Shown here: in pieces, positions 1 to 9,906 of the stretch
Layout: each line of letters opens with the position of its first letter
Position numbering within the stretch: the stretch's first letter is position 1
Source: Planctomycetota bacterium
Lineage (GTDB): Bacteria > Planctomycetota > UBA1135 > UBA2386
NCBI GenBank assembly: GCA_046290465.1
Contig: JBKAGP010000001.1
Location: 1,184,001-1,248,000 of the forward strand
DNA length: 64,000 nt
Direction of reading: 5' to 3'
Translations under genes and position numbers: made by a program
The notes under the pieces: model-generated
Databases searched by the model: none
What the model was told of the DNA's origin: nothing
The model's input: the letters and a program-made list of their open reading frames with translations, nothing else

Positions 1-947
1 ACCTCGGTGCCGACGAACGGGTGCAGGTTGCGCTCGATGAACTCCCCCGCCGCGTCGAGCCAGTCGGCGACCTCGGGCTGCGGCCAGCGCTTGACGAAGT
101 CCTTCTGGTGGTTCTGCAGCACCTTCCAGGCCAGCTGGCGATCCATCGCGCGGACCTCCTGCTCGGCGCGGATGAACTCCTCGCGGATCCGTTCGCTGAC
201 CTCGTCGAGACGTTCGAGCAGCTGGTCGCGCTGGCGCAGCAGCCGGTTGCGGTCGTCGTCGGCGACCTTGCCGTCGAGCACCAGCGCCGACAGCGCATCG
301 AGCGTGATCGGCTCGCCCTCGACGACCGGATAGATGTCCGCCGTCGACGTGCCGTTCTGCGCCTGGAACGTCACCAGCGCACAGCCCTGCTTCTGCGCCT
401 GCCGCTGCAGCGCGTCCATGATGCGGCGTTCGCGCGCGGCGCTGGCGCGCTTGACGACCCGGCGCGACATCCGGTGCGGCCGCGAGCGCAGCGCGCTGAG
501 CAGCGCGCCGTGCATGACCCGGCCGAGCTCGAGCAGGTCGTCGCGGAACTGCGGCCCCTTGCCGGTCGGCAGCGAGATCAACAGCGGCCGGTTGGGTTCG
601 CGGAAGTTGTGCACGAACACGCGATCGGGCACCAGCCGGCAGGTCGGCTGGATGTCGCGCAGCAGCATCTCGACCACCGCCGTGCGACCCGAGCCGATCA
701 GCCCGGACACGAACAGGTTGTAGCCCTGTGCCTGGATCGACAGGCCGGTGCGCAGCGCCGCCATCGGCCGGTCCTGGCCGATCAGGAACGCCGCGGTCGG
801 GGTCTTGCCCGACGGCTCCAGCGGCTTGCAGGTCCAGCGCAGCTTGTCGACCGGCACCGGCCCCGACCGGCCGCCCCGCGCCGAGCGGCCGTTGCGGGCC
901 TTGACGACGCGACGACTGGTGTCGGCGCCCTGCTTGCGGGCGCTCAC
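1..947 (-). CDS. Lon-like (LonC/YcbZ-type, AAA_32) protease, N-terminal part; truncated at the window edge
   Basis: Not in the ORF track (no stop codon in the window). Translated by hand from GTG at 947: ...LIGQDRPMAALRTGLSIQAQGYNLFVSGLIGSGRT...PDRVFVHNFREPNRPLLISLPTGKG. The GTG overlaps the USP stop (GTGA). Confidence 0.8.
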   Translation of the reverse strand, partial: MSARKQGADTSRRVVKARNGRSARGGRSGPVPVDKLRWTCKPLEPSGKTPTAAFLIGQDRPMAALRTGLSIQAQGYNLFVSGLIGSGRTAVVEMLLRDIQPTCRLVPDRVFVHNFREPNRPLLISLPTGKGPQFRDDLLELGRVMHGALLSALRSRPHRMSRRVVKRASAARERRIMDALQRQAQKQGCALVTFQAQNGTSTADIYPVVEGEPITLDALSALVLDGKVADDDRNRLLRQRDQLLERLDEVSERIREEFIRAEQEVRAMDRQLAWKVLQNHQKDFVKRWPQPEVADWLDAAGEFIERNLHPFVGTE

Positions 948-1396
948 GCGCGCGCCACCAGCACCGGGCACGGCGCGGCCTTCAGGATCTCGCCGGCGGT
1001 GCTGCCGAGCAGCGCCTTCATGATGCCGCTGCGGCCCTGCGAACGGACCAGGATCAGGTCGACGCGTTCGACCAGCGCCTCCTTGAGGATCTGCTCTTCG
1101 ACGTCCTCGGAGAACGTCAGGTGGCCGAGCGCGCGCACGCCCGCCTCGGCGGCCTGGTCGACGGCCTTCTGCAGCTTGTCCTGCACCTCGTCCTGCAGTT
1201 CGGACTCGAAGTTGCCGCCGCGGCCGGTCGAGCCGTGGTGGCCGATCAGGTTGAGCGTCGCCGGCGTGTCGATCACCGCCAGCAGCAACAGCTCGGCGCG
1301 CAGCTGCGCCGCCAGTCCGATCGCGTAGCCGAGCTCCGGCTCTTTGGACTCCGCGAGGTCCACGGGCGCGAGGATGCGTTGCACGACCGGCGTCAT
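944..1396 (-). CDS. Universal stress protein (UspA family)
   Basis: 150 aa; RILAPVD N-terminus; DLILVRSQGRSGIMKALLGSTAGEILKAAPCPVLV C-terminal USP motif. Confidence 0.93.
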   Translation of the reverse strand: MTPVVQRILAPVDLAESKEPELGYAIGLAAQLRAELLLLAVIDTPATLNLIGHHGSTGRGGNFESELQDEVQDKLQKAVDQAAEAGVRALGHLTFSEDVEEQILKEALVERVDLILVRSQGRSGIMKALLGSTAGEILKAAPCPVLVARA

Positions 1397-1474
1397 GGCG
1401 GGATGGTACGGTCCCGCGCCAGCAATTCGAGAGGGCGTCCGCTATGTTGCCCGGCCCCGATCGCCCCGAGTACC

Positions 1475-2893
1475 GTGGACCTACAAGACCTCAAGATCGA
1501 CCGCAAGCCGACGCACAAGCGGCAGCGCCGCGGCCGCAACCCGTGGCCGGCGCGGCTGATCGTCGCGGCGATCGTCGCCGTCGTCGGCTGGCTCACCTGG
1601 CCGATGCTCGGCCGCCTCTACGACCGCCTCAACCTGCCCGCGGTGCGCACCTACGTCGTCACCGAGAGCAACCCCGCGGCGGCCGCGGCCGTGCGCGGCA
1701 CCGCGGCCAACGGCTACGTGGTCGCGGCGCGACGCGCCGCGCTGTCCTCGGACGTGCCGGGCCGCATCGTCGAGATGAACGTGCAGGAAGGCTCGGTCGT
1801 CAAGAAGGACGACATCGTCGCCAGGCTGTTCGCCGACGACTTCCGCGCCGCCTACGAGCAGACCGAGGCGTCGCTGCTGGCGGCGGCGACGGCGGTCAAG
1901 CGCGCCGAGGCCAGCGAGAAGGTCGCGCAGGCGGAGATCGTCGAGGCCAACAGTTCGCTGCAGACCGCCGAGGCGCTGCGCGACGAGGGCGACAAGCAGC
2001 TGCAGTTCGCCGAGGCGGAGCTGCGCCGCATGCACGAGCTGGCGCAGACCGGCATCGAGGGCGAACGTGCCCTCCAGCTGGCCGAGCGCGATCGCGACAC
2101 CGCCAAGGCGCGGCTGGCCTCGCTGCGCGCCGGCGTCGCCGCCGCTGCCGCCAGGGCGCGCACCAGCGAGGAGCGCGCGGCCGTCGCGACCGTCGACGTC
2201 GAGTCCCGCCGCAACCAGCTCGAGGCGGCGCGGTTCGCCCGCGACCAGGCCAAGGCGACACTCGACAAGACCGACGTGCGCGCGCCGTTCGACGGCATCG
2301 TCGTGCTCAAGGACGCCGAGATCGGCGAGGTCGTTTCCCCCAACGCCCAGGGCGGCAGCAACGCGCGCGGCGCGGTCTGCACGATGGTCGACTTCGACTC
2401 GCTCGAGGTGCAGGCCAACGTGCCCGAGAATACCCTCAAGTCGGTCGAGGTCGGCGCCCCCGCCGACGTGTTCCTCGACGCGTTCCCCGACGACCGCTAC
2501 GCCGGCACCGTCGATCGCATCTGGCCGACCGCCGACCGCCAGAAGGCGACCGTCGAGGTGCGCATCAAGTTCGCGCGCCGCGACGAGCGGCTGCGCCCGG
2601 AGATGGGCGTGCGCATCGTGTTCCGCAAGGACCGCGATCCGGAGGCCGGGCAGCCGCCCGCGACGGCCGAACGCCGCATCGTCGTGCCGCAGGAGGCGCT
2701 GGTGCAGATCGGCGGACGGACCGGCGCGTTCGTGGTCGAACAGGACGCCGTGCGGTTCGCCGAGGTCACCGCCGGCGAGGCCAAGGGCGGCCGCGTCGCG
2801 ATCGACGCCGGCCTGACCGCCAACCAGCGCATCGTGCTCGATCCCCCCGCGTCGCTGCAGGACGGCGACCGCATCCGCGTAGAGCAGAACTGA
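1475..2893 (+). CDS. Efflux periplasmic adaptor subunit (HlyD/MacA family)
   Basis: GTG start at 1475 (MDLQDLKIDR); one TM helix, lipoyl-like halves (GRIVEMNVQEGSVVKKDD, VRAPFDGIV), coiled coil, LRPEMG motif; upstream of the ABC genes. Confidence 0.9.
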   Translation: MDLQDLKIDRKPTHKRQRRGRNPWPARLIVAAIVAVVGWLTWPMLGRLYDRLNLPAVRTYVVTESNPAAAAAVRGTAANGYVVAARRAALSSDVPGRIVEMNVQEGSVVKKDDIVARLFADDFRAAYEQTEASLLAAATAVKRAEASEKVAQAEIVEANSSLQTAEALRDEGDKQLQFAEAELRRMHELAQTGIEGERALQLAERDRDTAKARLASLRAGVAAAAARARTSEERAAVATVDVESRRNQLEAARFARDQAKATLDKTDVRAPFDGIVVLKDAEIGEVVSPNAQGGSNARGAVCTMVDFDSLEVQANVPENTLKSVEVGAPADVFLDAFPDDRYAGTVDRIWPTADRQKATVEVRIKFARRDERLRPEMGVRIVFRKDRDPEAGQPPATAERRIVVPQEALVQIGGRTGAFVVEQDAVRFAEVTAGEAKGGRVAIDAGLTANQRIVLDPPASLQDGDRIRVEQN

Positions 2894-2895
2894 AC

Positions 2896-3603
2896 ATGCC
2901 CGCAGCCATCCAACTCCGTTCCGTCACCAAGTCCTACTCCCGCGGCGGCGAGACGCTGCGTGTGCTCGACGAGCTCGACCTCGACATGGACGACGCGACG
3001 TTCTACGCGTTGATGGGTCCGTCGGGCTCCGGCAAGACCACGCTGCTCAATCTGGTCGGCGGCCTCGACCAGGCCGATTCCGGCGTCGTGCAGGTCGGCG
3101 ACGAGGACCTCGCCGTGATGGACGGCAGCGAACTGGCGCAGTGGCGGTCGGAGCATGTCGGCTTCGTCTTCCAGGGCTTCAACCTGCTGCCGGTGCTGAG
3201 CGCCCGCGAGAACGTCGAGCTGCCGCTGCTGCTGGCGCCGCTGTCCAAGCGCCAGCGCAGGGAGCAGGCCGAGCGCGCGCTCGAGCTGGTCGGGCTGCAG
3301 GACCGCATGGACCACAAGCCGCGCGAGCTGTCCGGTGGCCAGGAGCAGCGCGTCGCGATCGCCCGCGCGATCGCCACCGACCCCGCGGTGATCCTCGCCG
3401 ACGAACCGACCGGCGACCTCGACCGCAACACCGCCGACGCGGTGCTCGAGATGATGCAGCGGCTCAACAAGGAGCTCGGCAAGACCATCCTGATGGTCAC
3501 GCACGACCCGCAGGCGGCGACCTACGCCGACAAGACGATCCACCTCGACAAGGGCCGGCTCGGCCGCATCGAGGACAACCGCACCGCGACGCAGGGGAGC
3601 TAG
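2896..3603 (+). CDS. ABC transporter ATP-binding protein (LolD/MacB-type)
   Basis: Walker [10 protein letters not shown], signature LSGGQEQR, Walker [10 protein letters not shown]-loop MVTHD; ATG at 2896. Confidence 0.96.
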   Translation: MPAAIQLRSVTKSYSRGGETLRVLDELDLDMDDATFYALMGPSGSGKTTLLNLVGGLDQADSGVVQVGDEDLAVMDGSELAQWRSEHVGFVFQGFNLLPVLSARENVELPLLLAPLSKRQRREQAERALELVGLQDRMDHKPRELSGGQEQRVAIARAIATDPAVILADEPTGDLDRNTADAVLEMMQRLNKELGKTILMVTHDPQAATYADKTIHLDKGRLGRIEDNRTATQGS

Positions 3604-3605
3604 CG

Positions 3606-4775
3606 ATGCCCTGGAAGCTGCTGATCCGCAACGTGCTCGGGCACAAGATGCGGTCCTTGCTGACGATCGGCGCGGTCACGGTCGCCGTGTTCCTGATCTG
3701 CGTGCTGCAGGCCGTAACCAGCGGCCTGTCGCGCACCCTCGACGCCTCTGCCGCCAATCGGCTGCTGGTCCAATCGGCGGTCAGCCTGTTCGTCGACCTG
3801 CCGCTGAGCTACCAGCAGAAGATGTCGTCGGTCGAGGGCGTCGAAGCCATCTGTAAGTGGCAGTGGTTCGGTGGTCGCTACGAGCAGGACAAGGGCGGCT
3901 TCTTCGCGCAGTTCGCCATCGACCCTGACACGTTCGCCCCGAGCTACCCCGAGATGAGCATCGCCGAGGGCAGCTACGAGGACTTCGCAAGCACCCGCAC
4001 GGCGTGCATCGTCGGCCGGCAGCTGGCGGACAAGTACGACTGGAAGGTCGGACAGACCGTGCCGATCCTTGGCACGATCTTCACCCGCGTCGACGGCAAG
4101 CCCTGGGACTTCACCGTCAAGGGCATCTACGAGAGCAACTCGCCGGCCTTCGACGAGCAGACGATGTTCTTCCAGTACGAGTATCTGCGCGAATCGCTCG
4201 AACAAGGCGGCGCGACCGGCCCCGACGGGGTCGGCGTCTACATGCTCAAGGTCCAGCAGGGCACGGACCCCCTGGTCGTCCAGCGCGCGGTCGACGGCAT
4301 GTTCGAGAACGGTCCGCAGCGGGTGCAGACCACGACCGAAGCCGAGTTCAACCGCCAGTTCATCTCGATGCTGGGCGACGTGCCGCAGCTGCTCCGCTTG
4401 ATCGGCGGCGCCGTGTTGTTCGCGATCTTCTTCGCGGTGCTCAACACGATGCTGCTCACCGGCCGCGAACGCACCCGGGACCTGGGCGTGATGAAGGCCC
4501 TCGGATTCCGCGACGGGGTCGCCGCCGGACTGCTGATCGGAGAATCCCTGCTGCTGTGCCTCACCGGCGCCGGGCTCGCCATCGGCCTCGCCCTGCTGAT
4601 CGAAGCGCCGGTGGCAGCGGTCACGGCTTCGTTCATCCCCGGGTTCGCACTCGATCGGAACACGCTGCTGCTTGGCGCTGGCATCGCCGCTGCCGTCGGC
4701 CTCGTCTCCGGCATCCTGCCGGGCATCCGCGCGGCCCGCATGAACACGACCCAGGCCCTGAAGGAGATCGCCTGA
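3606..4775 (+). CDS. ABC transporter permease (FtsX/MacB family)
   Basis: N-terminal TM helix, periplasmic domain, ERTRDLGVMKALGF motif, C-terminal PGIRAARMN. Confidence 0.93.
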   Translation: MPWKLLIRNVLGHKMRSLLTIGAVTVAVFLICVLQAVTSGLSRTLDASAANRLLVQSAVSLFVDLPLSYQQKMSSVEGVEAICKWQWFGGRYEQDKGGFFAQFAIDPDTFAPSYPEMSIAEGSYEDFASTRTACIVGRQLADKYDWKVGQTVPILGTIFTRVDGKPWDFTVKGIYESNSPAFDEQTMFFQYEYLRESLEQGGATGPDGVGVYMLKVQQGTDPLVVQRAVDGMFENGPQRVQTTTEAEFNRQFISMLGDVPQLLRLIGGAVLFAIFFAVLNTMLLTGRERTRDLGVMKALGFRDGVAAGLLIGESLLLCLTGAGLAIGLALLIEAPVAAVTASFIPGFALDRNTLLLGAGIAAAVGLVSGILPGIRAARMNTTQALKEIA

Positions 4776-5941
4776 TGGCCCTCGTCCCGTTCCGCTACAA
4801 CCTTCGCAGCCTGTTCGTCCGGTTGTCCTCGACGCTGCTCACCGTGTGCGCCGTCGGCGCGACGATCGCCGTGCTGGCCGGGATGCTGTCCCTGCAGCAG
4901 GGGTTCGCCACCATCTTCCAGGAGCGCGGCCGGACCGACCTCGCAATCTTCCTGCGCAAGGGGGCGACGTCCGAAGGCGAATCCGGCGTCACGCTCGAGC
5001 AGTGCTCCATCCTGAAGAAGGAGGTGCCCGAGGTGCAGCGCAACGCGGCCGGCCAGCCGCTCGCGAGCGCCGAGATGTTCCTCGCGGTTCGCCTGCGCAA
5101 GTTCGACGGCGGCGAGACCAACGTCGCGATTCGCGGCGTCGAACCGATGACGTTCGACATCCACGGTGACGACATCCGGATCACCGACGGCAAGGCCTTC
5201 ACGCCGGGGTCGGACGAGTTGATCGTGGGCGAGGGCCTGCTCGGCCGGATCGCCAACTGCAACGTCGGCGACACCCTGCGCATCAACACCGGCACCTTCC
5301 GTATCGTCGGATCGTTCTCGGGCAAGGGTGGCTACCAGAGCGAGATCTGGGGCGACCTCGACCGCCTGTCCGACGCCCTGCAGCGCCCGGTGCGCAGCCG
5401 CGTGATCGCCAAGGTGTCGCCCGAGACGGACCTCCAGGCGATCGAGGATCGCTACACCGACGACAAGCGGCTGCAGCCGAAGGTGCTCAACGAACGGGAC
5501 TACCTCGCCAGCCAGACCAGCGACCTGTCGGCGCGCTTCCTGTTCGTCGGCGGGTTCCTGGCTCTGATCATGGGCATCGGCGCGATCTTCACCGGCACCA
5601 ATTCGATGCTGGCCGCGATCGGAGCGCGCACGCACGAGATCGGCATCCTCAAGGCGGTCGGCTACAAGCCGTTCGCGATCTTCGTGTCGTTCCTCGGCGA
5701 GTCGCTGCTGCTCGGCGTGCTGGGCGGCATCGTCGGCTGCCTGATGGTGCTGCCGTTCCAGGGAGCCGAGACCGGCACCATGAACAGCACCTTCTCCGAG
5801 GTGACCTTCGCGTTCCGGACCACACCCTCCGCCATGCTGTGGTCGATCGTGTTCGCCGCGGGACTCGGGGTGATCGGCGGCTTGTTCCCCGCCTGGCGCG
5901 CCTCCCGCATGACGCCGACCGAAGCTCTGCGTCGCGGCTGA
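4775..5941 (+). CDS. ABC transporter permease (FtsX/MacB family)
   Basis: ATG overlaps the upstream TGA; ARTHEIGILKAVGY and PAWRASRMTPTEALR motifs. Confidence 0.93.
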   Translation: MALVPFRYNLRSLFVRLSSTLLTVCAVGATIAVLAGMLSLQQGFATIFQERGRTDLAIFLRKGATSEGESGVTLEQCSILKKEVPEVQRNAAGQPLASAEMFLAVRLRKFDGGETNVAIRGVEPMTFDIHGDDIRITDGKAFTPGSDELIVGEGLLGRIANCNVGDTLRINTGTFRIVGSFSGKGGYQSEIWGDLDRLSDALQRPVRSRVIAKVSPETDLQAIEDRYTDDKRLQPKVLNERDYLASQTSDLSARFLFVGGFLALIMGIGAIFTGTNSMLAAIGARTHEIGILKAVGYKPFAIFVSFLGESLLLGVLGGIVGCLMVLPFQGAETGTMNSTFSEVTFAFRTTPSAMLWSIVFAAGLGVIGGLFPAWRASRMTPTEALRRG

Positions 5942-5951
5942 ACCCGCGAGC

Positions 5952-7160
5952 ATGCCGCGCCCCTCCACCATCGTCGCGCTCTACCGCGACGCGTTCGGCG
6001 GCCTGCCGCGGCTGACGTGGCTCTTGTGCCTCGCGGCGTTCCTCAACCGCTGCGGCGCGATGGTCGTGCCGTTCCTCGGCCTCTACGCCAAGGAACGGTT
6101 CGACTGCTCGCCCGAGCAGGCGGGCATCGTGCTCAGCATCTACGGCGTCGGCGCGGTCACCGGCAGCTGGCTCGGCGGCTTCCTGACCGACCGCCTGGGC
6201 TCGGTGCGCCTGCAGCGCTGGGCCCTGATGACCAGCGGCCTGTGGATGTTCGCGATGGTGCGCGTGCTCGAGCCGGGCTGGCTCGAGGCCGCCACCTTCG
6301 GACTCGCCGTGCTCAACGAAGCCTTCCGCCCCGGCAGCATCACGGCCGTCGCCAGCAGCACGACGCCCGAACTGCGCCGCAAGGCGCTGTCGCTCAACCG
6401 CCTGATGCTCAACCTCGGCTGGGCCGTCGGCCCGACCATCGGCGGCTACCTGGTGCAGCGCGACTTCGCCGTGATGTTCTACGTCGACGGCGCGACCTGC
6501 GTGGTCGCCGCCGCGTTCCTGATGTTCGGCCTCGGCGGCTTCGACCCGCGCCCCGAGCCCGCGACCGAACAGGACACGACCCGCCCGTCGCGGCCGTTCC
6601 GTGACGGCCACTTCCTGTGGCTGATGCTCGCCAACCTGATCGTCTTGATGGCGTTCATGCAGTACTTCACGACCGGCTCGCGGGTGTTCGAGGACGACGG
6701 CTACACGCGCCCGCAGATCGGCTGGTTCCTGGCCGTCAACCCGATCCTGATCGTGCTGTTCGAGATGCTGACCGTGCACGCGCTGCGTCGCCGCCGCGCG
6801 CTGCCGATCGTCGCGCTCGGTTCGCTGGTCGTCGGCCTCGGCTACGTGGTGCTGCTCGCCCCGCTCGGCGCCACCGGCATCGTGATCGCGATGGCGATCG
6901 TCGCCGGCGGCGAACTGCTGCAGATGCCGCTGCTCAGCGCCTACATCAACGACCACGCCCCCGCCCACGCGCGCGGCGCCTACAACGGTGCCTACGGCAT
7001 GGTCTTCAGCATCGGCCAGATCACCGCACCGCTGCTCGGCGGCTTCCTCTACGCACGCCTGGGCCAACAGGCGCTGTGGATCGCGTGCGGCGTGCTCGCC
7101 GCGGTCGGCGCGCTGATGTTCCTGCTGTCTTCGCGCCGCGAGCCGGCCGTGCCCGCCTGA
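5952..7160 (+). CDS. MFS transporter
   Basis: 402 aa, ~12 hydrophobic segments, motif A GGFLTDRLG. Confidence 0.92.
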   Translation: MPRPSTIVALYRDAFGGLPRLTWLLCLAAFLNRCGAMVVPFLGLYAKERFDCSPEQAGIVLSIYGVGAVTGSWLGGFLTDRLGSVRLQRWALMTSGLWMFAMVRVLEPGWLEAATFGLAVLNEAFRPGSITAVASSTTPELRRKALSLNRLMLNLGWAVGPTIGGYLVQRDFAVMFYVDGATCVVAAAFLMFGLGGFDPRPEPATEQDTTRPSRPFRDGHFLWLMLANLIVLMAFMQYFTTGSRVFEDDGYTRPQIGWFLAVNPILIVLFEMLTVHALRRRRALPIVALGSLVVGLGYVVLLAPLGATGIVIAMAIVAGGELLQMPLLSAYINDHAPAHARGAYNGAYGMVFSIGQITAPLLGGFLYARLGQQALWIACGVLAAVGALMFLLSSRREPAVPA

Positions 7161-7172
7161 GCCCCGGCCCGT

Positions 7173-7661
7173 TCACAGATCCGACACCGACACGCGCACC
7201 GCGCCGCCGTCGCGAAACCAGGTCGCCTCGTCGTGCACGCGCAGGTCGTCGCGCTTGAGGACGAACTGCAGCGTGATGCAGCCGTCGCGCAGGTCCTCGT
7301 GGTCCCAGAAGCGATCGTTGGACAGCACCAGGCCGTCGTGCTCGCGCGCATGCTGCAGCAGGTAGGCGTCGGCCGACTCACGGTGCGGCGTGACGACGTA
7401 GCGCGGCCGCCCCTCGGTCACGTCCTGGCAGCGGGCCCGCAGCACCTGCTGCGCGTCGCGCGGGCAGGCCATCGCCGTGGAGTAGTCGACGAACACCCAG
7501 ATCGGCAGGTCGCCGAAGCGGTCCTGGCACCAGCGTTCGGCGAGTTCGAGGCGCTGCAGCGGCCGCCGTCGGCTCGACGCGATCACGTTGGCCCCGTCGA
7601 TCACGACGCAGCGGCGCGACGGCGGCACGGGGCCGGGCGGGCGTCGCTTCGGGCCCGCCAT
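7173..7661 (-). CDS. NYN/PIN-domain ribonuclease (Zc3h12a/Regnase-like)
   Basis: VVIDGANV, ADAYLLQHA and GLVLSNDRFWD acidic motifs; ATG at 7661 overlaps the peptidase stop. Confidence 0.75.
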   Translation of the reverse strand: MAGPKRRPPGPVPPSRRCVVIDGANVIASSRRRPLQRLELAERWCQDRFGDLPIWVFVDYSTAMACPRDAQQVLRARCQDVTEGRPRYVVTPHRESADAYLLQHAREHDGLVLSNDRFWDHEDLRDGCITLQFVLKRDDLRVHDEATWFRDGGAVRVSVSDL

Positions 7662-8764
7662 CAGCGCGCGGCCTCGGGAGCGGCGCCGAAGTGGCGGCGC
7701 AAGGGCTGCAGCGGCAGCGCGCGCACCGTGCGGCCCATTCCGGCCGTGGTCTCGGCCGCACACAGCGAGTCGAGGATCGCCTGCTCGGTGGCGTCGGCGA
7801 CCGCGACGAACAGCGGGGAGAGCTGGCTGCCGCGCAGCGGCCCCGCGTCGAAGCCGGCGGTCGAGAACGCAACCGCATAGTCGCCGCTACCGTTGCTGAA
7901 CGACGCGCCGGTGCGCGCCATGCCGGCGAACGCGCGGCGCGCCAGCCGTTCGAGGCCGCGCTGGTCGAGCGGTGCGTCGGTGGCGATCACGACCATGCAG
8001 GAGCCGTCGTGGTCCTCGCCCACCAGGTTGGCGAACGGCTGGCCGTCGACGACCAGGCGACCGCCGAAGTTGCTCTGCACCAGCACGCCGACGGTGAAGT
8101 CACCTACGACGCGCGAAGCGCTGCCGACGCCGCCCTTGAAGCCGAAGCAGACCGTGCCGGCGCCGGCGCCCACCGCACCGACCTCGAACGCGCCGTCGCT
8201 GGCAGCGGCGATCGCCGCCGCCACGTGCGCGCTCCCGACGGGCCGCGCGCGGATGTCCGACAGCCGACCGTCGTTGGTCTCGCCGACGACCACGTTGGCC
8301 GAACGCACGCGCTCGTTGCCGGGCTGCGCCAGCAGCCAGTCGAGCAGGCCGTCGGCGACGCGGTGCACGTTGAGCGTTCCGCACAGCGCGATCGGGCTCT
8401 CGAGCTCGCCGAGCTCCATCAGCTGGGTGGCGCCGACCATCTTGCCGAAGCCGTTCTGCACGCACAGCGCGGCCGGCAGCTTGCTCTGGAACGGGTTGCC
8501 GCGCTGCGGCAGCACCACGGTCACGCCGGTGTGCAGGCGTTCGCCTTCGTGCAGCGTCGCGTGGCCGACGGCGACGCCGTCGACGTCGGTGATCGCGTCC
8601 AGCGGCCCGGCCGCGAGCGCGCCGACGTGGATGCCGACGTCGCGCGCGCGCATGCGCTGGCCCGCGGCCGTGACGACGAGCTGCGCCTGCGGTTCGGTCG
8701 GCACAGCACACGACGCCAGCGCCAGCACGACCCCGCAGCACCACCAGCAACGCTTCATCGCCAC
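7661..8764 (-). CDS. DmpA/P1-family aminopeptidase (peptidase S58), probable lipoprotein
   Basis: DAITDVDGVAVGH, HTGVT, NGFGK, VVGETNDG, GAVGAGAG, GFKGGVGSASR, VLVQSNFG and G/S autocleavage DGSC; LASC lipobox-like N-terminus. Confidence 0.9.
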   Translation of the reverse strand: MAMKRCWWCCGVVLALASCAVPTEPQAQLVVTAAGQRMRARDVGIHVGALAAGPLDAITDVDGVAVGHATLHEGERLHTGVTVVLPQRGNPFQSKLPAALCVQNGFGKMVGATQLMELGELESPIALCGTLNVHRVADGLLDWLLAQPGNERVRSANVVVGETNDGRLSDIRARPVGSAHVAAAIAAASDGAFEVGAVGAGAGTVCFGFKGGVGSASRVVGDFTVGVLVQSNFGGRLVVDGQPFANLVGEDHDGSCMVVIATDAPLDQRGLERLARRAFAGMARTGASFSNGSGDYAVAFSTAGFDAGPLRGSQLSPLFVAVADATEQAILDSLCAAETTAGMGRTVRALPLQPLRRHFGAAPEAAR

Positions 8765-8805
8765 AGGATGCCGGATCGACGTGCGGACCGCTATCGTGCG
8801 GGCCG

Positions 8806-9819
8806 ATGCAGATCCCGCAGTTCTGGGCCGAGCACCGCCTCGAAGGCAAGATCGAACCGACGCGCTCCGGCGGACGGAAGCGCGTGCGCGTCGTGCGCCG
8901 CTTCGGCTGGTCCGACGAGAGCCAGGCGCAGGCCGAGGTGCACGCGCGCGAGCGCGCCGAGGCCGCGTTCGCCGAACTGCGTGCTGGCCGCTCCGTGAGC
9001 CAGCGCGAGCGCAAGCTCGCCTACGGCGACGAAGGCCTGCCGATCCGCGAGGAGGTGCTGGCGCGCAACGGCGACGACGTGATCACGCGCAACTCCTACG
9101 GCGCCCGCTGCCTCAACGAGCCCGACGTGCTGTTCGCCGACCTCGACATCCAACCGCAGCTGCCGTTCGGCATCGGCAGCACGCTCGGCGCGGTCGGCTG
9201 CTTCCTGCCGGTCGTCGGCCTGCTCGCGGGCGTCTCGCTGATGTGGAACGGCGAGCTGCGGATCGGCCTCGCCGCGCTCGCCGGCGGCTTCGTGGTCGGC
9301 ATCGTCCTGCTGGCGGCGCTGGGCCGCCTCAACCGCTCGACGCCGGTGATCGCCGCGACCCAGGTCCGCGTCCGCCGCCGCGTCGCGCAGGTGCTCGAAC
9401 GGCGCCGCGACTGGCGCTTCGCCCTCTACGAGACCCCGGCCGGCTTCCGCCTGCTGGCGCTGCACGCGACCTTCGATCCGCGCAGCGAAGAGGTGCAGGC
9501 GCTGTTCCGCGAGCTCGGCACCGACCCCGCCTATGCCCAGATGTGCGCGCTGCAGGCCTGCTTTCGCGCCCGCGTCAGCGCCAAGCCCTGGCGCATCGAC
9601 CTCGACCGCCTGCCCACCCGCGCCGTCTGGCCGGTCCCCGCAGACCGCCTCCCCGAACGCACTGCCTGGATCGCCCGCTATGAGCTCCTGGCCCAGAACC
9701 ACGCCGCCTGCCGCTACCTCGAAGACCTCGGCACCGCCCCGGTCGCAGCGCGCTGCGCCCACGTCCAGCAGATGCACGACGAGCTGTGCAAGGCGCGAAC
9801 GGAGCTGCCGCTGGCGTAG
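8806..9819 (+). CDS. Conserved hypothetical membrane protein with 2 central TM helices (possible primase-like motifs)
   Basis: 337 aa with typical codon usage; VLFADLD, YETPAGFRL, GTDPAY and FRARVSAKPWR segments. Confidence 0.75.
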   Translation: MQIPQFWAEHRLEGKIEPTRSGGRKRVRVVRRFGWSDESQAQAEVHARERAEAAFAELRAGRSVSQRERKLAYGDEGLPIREEVLARNGDDVITRNSYGARCLNEPDVLFADLDIQPQLPFGIGSTLGAVGCFLPVVGLLAGVSLMWNGELRIGLAALAGGFVVGIVLLAALGRLNRSTPVIAATQVRVRRRVAQVLERRRDWRFALYETPAGFRLLALHATFDPRSEEVQALFRELGTDPAYAQMCALQACFRARVSAKPWRIDLDRLPTRAVWPVPADRLPERTAWIARYELLAQNHAACRYLEDLGTAPVAARCAHVQQMHDELCKARTELPLA

Positions 9820-9906
9820 CCTTGTCTGGCAAGAGGACACAGAGAGGGCGAAGCAAGGAGAGCCGGATGAAGCCGGCCGCCCGCCAGACCGGCCACAGCG
9901 GAAGAG

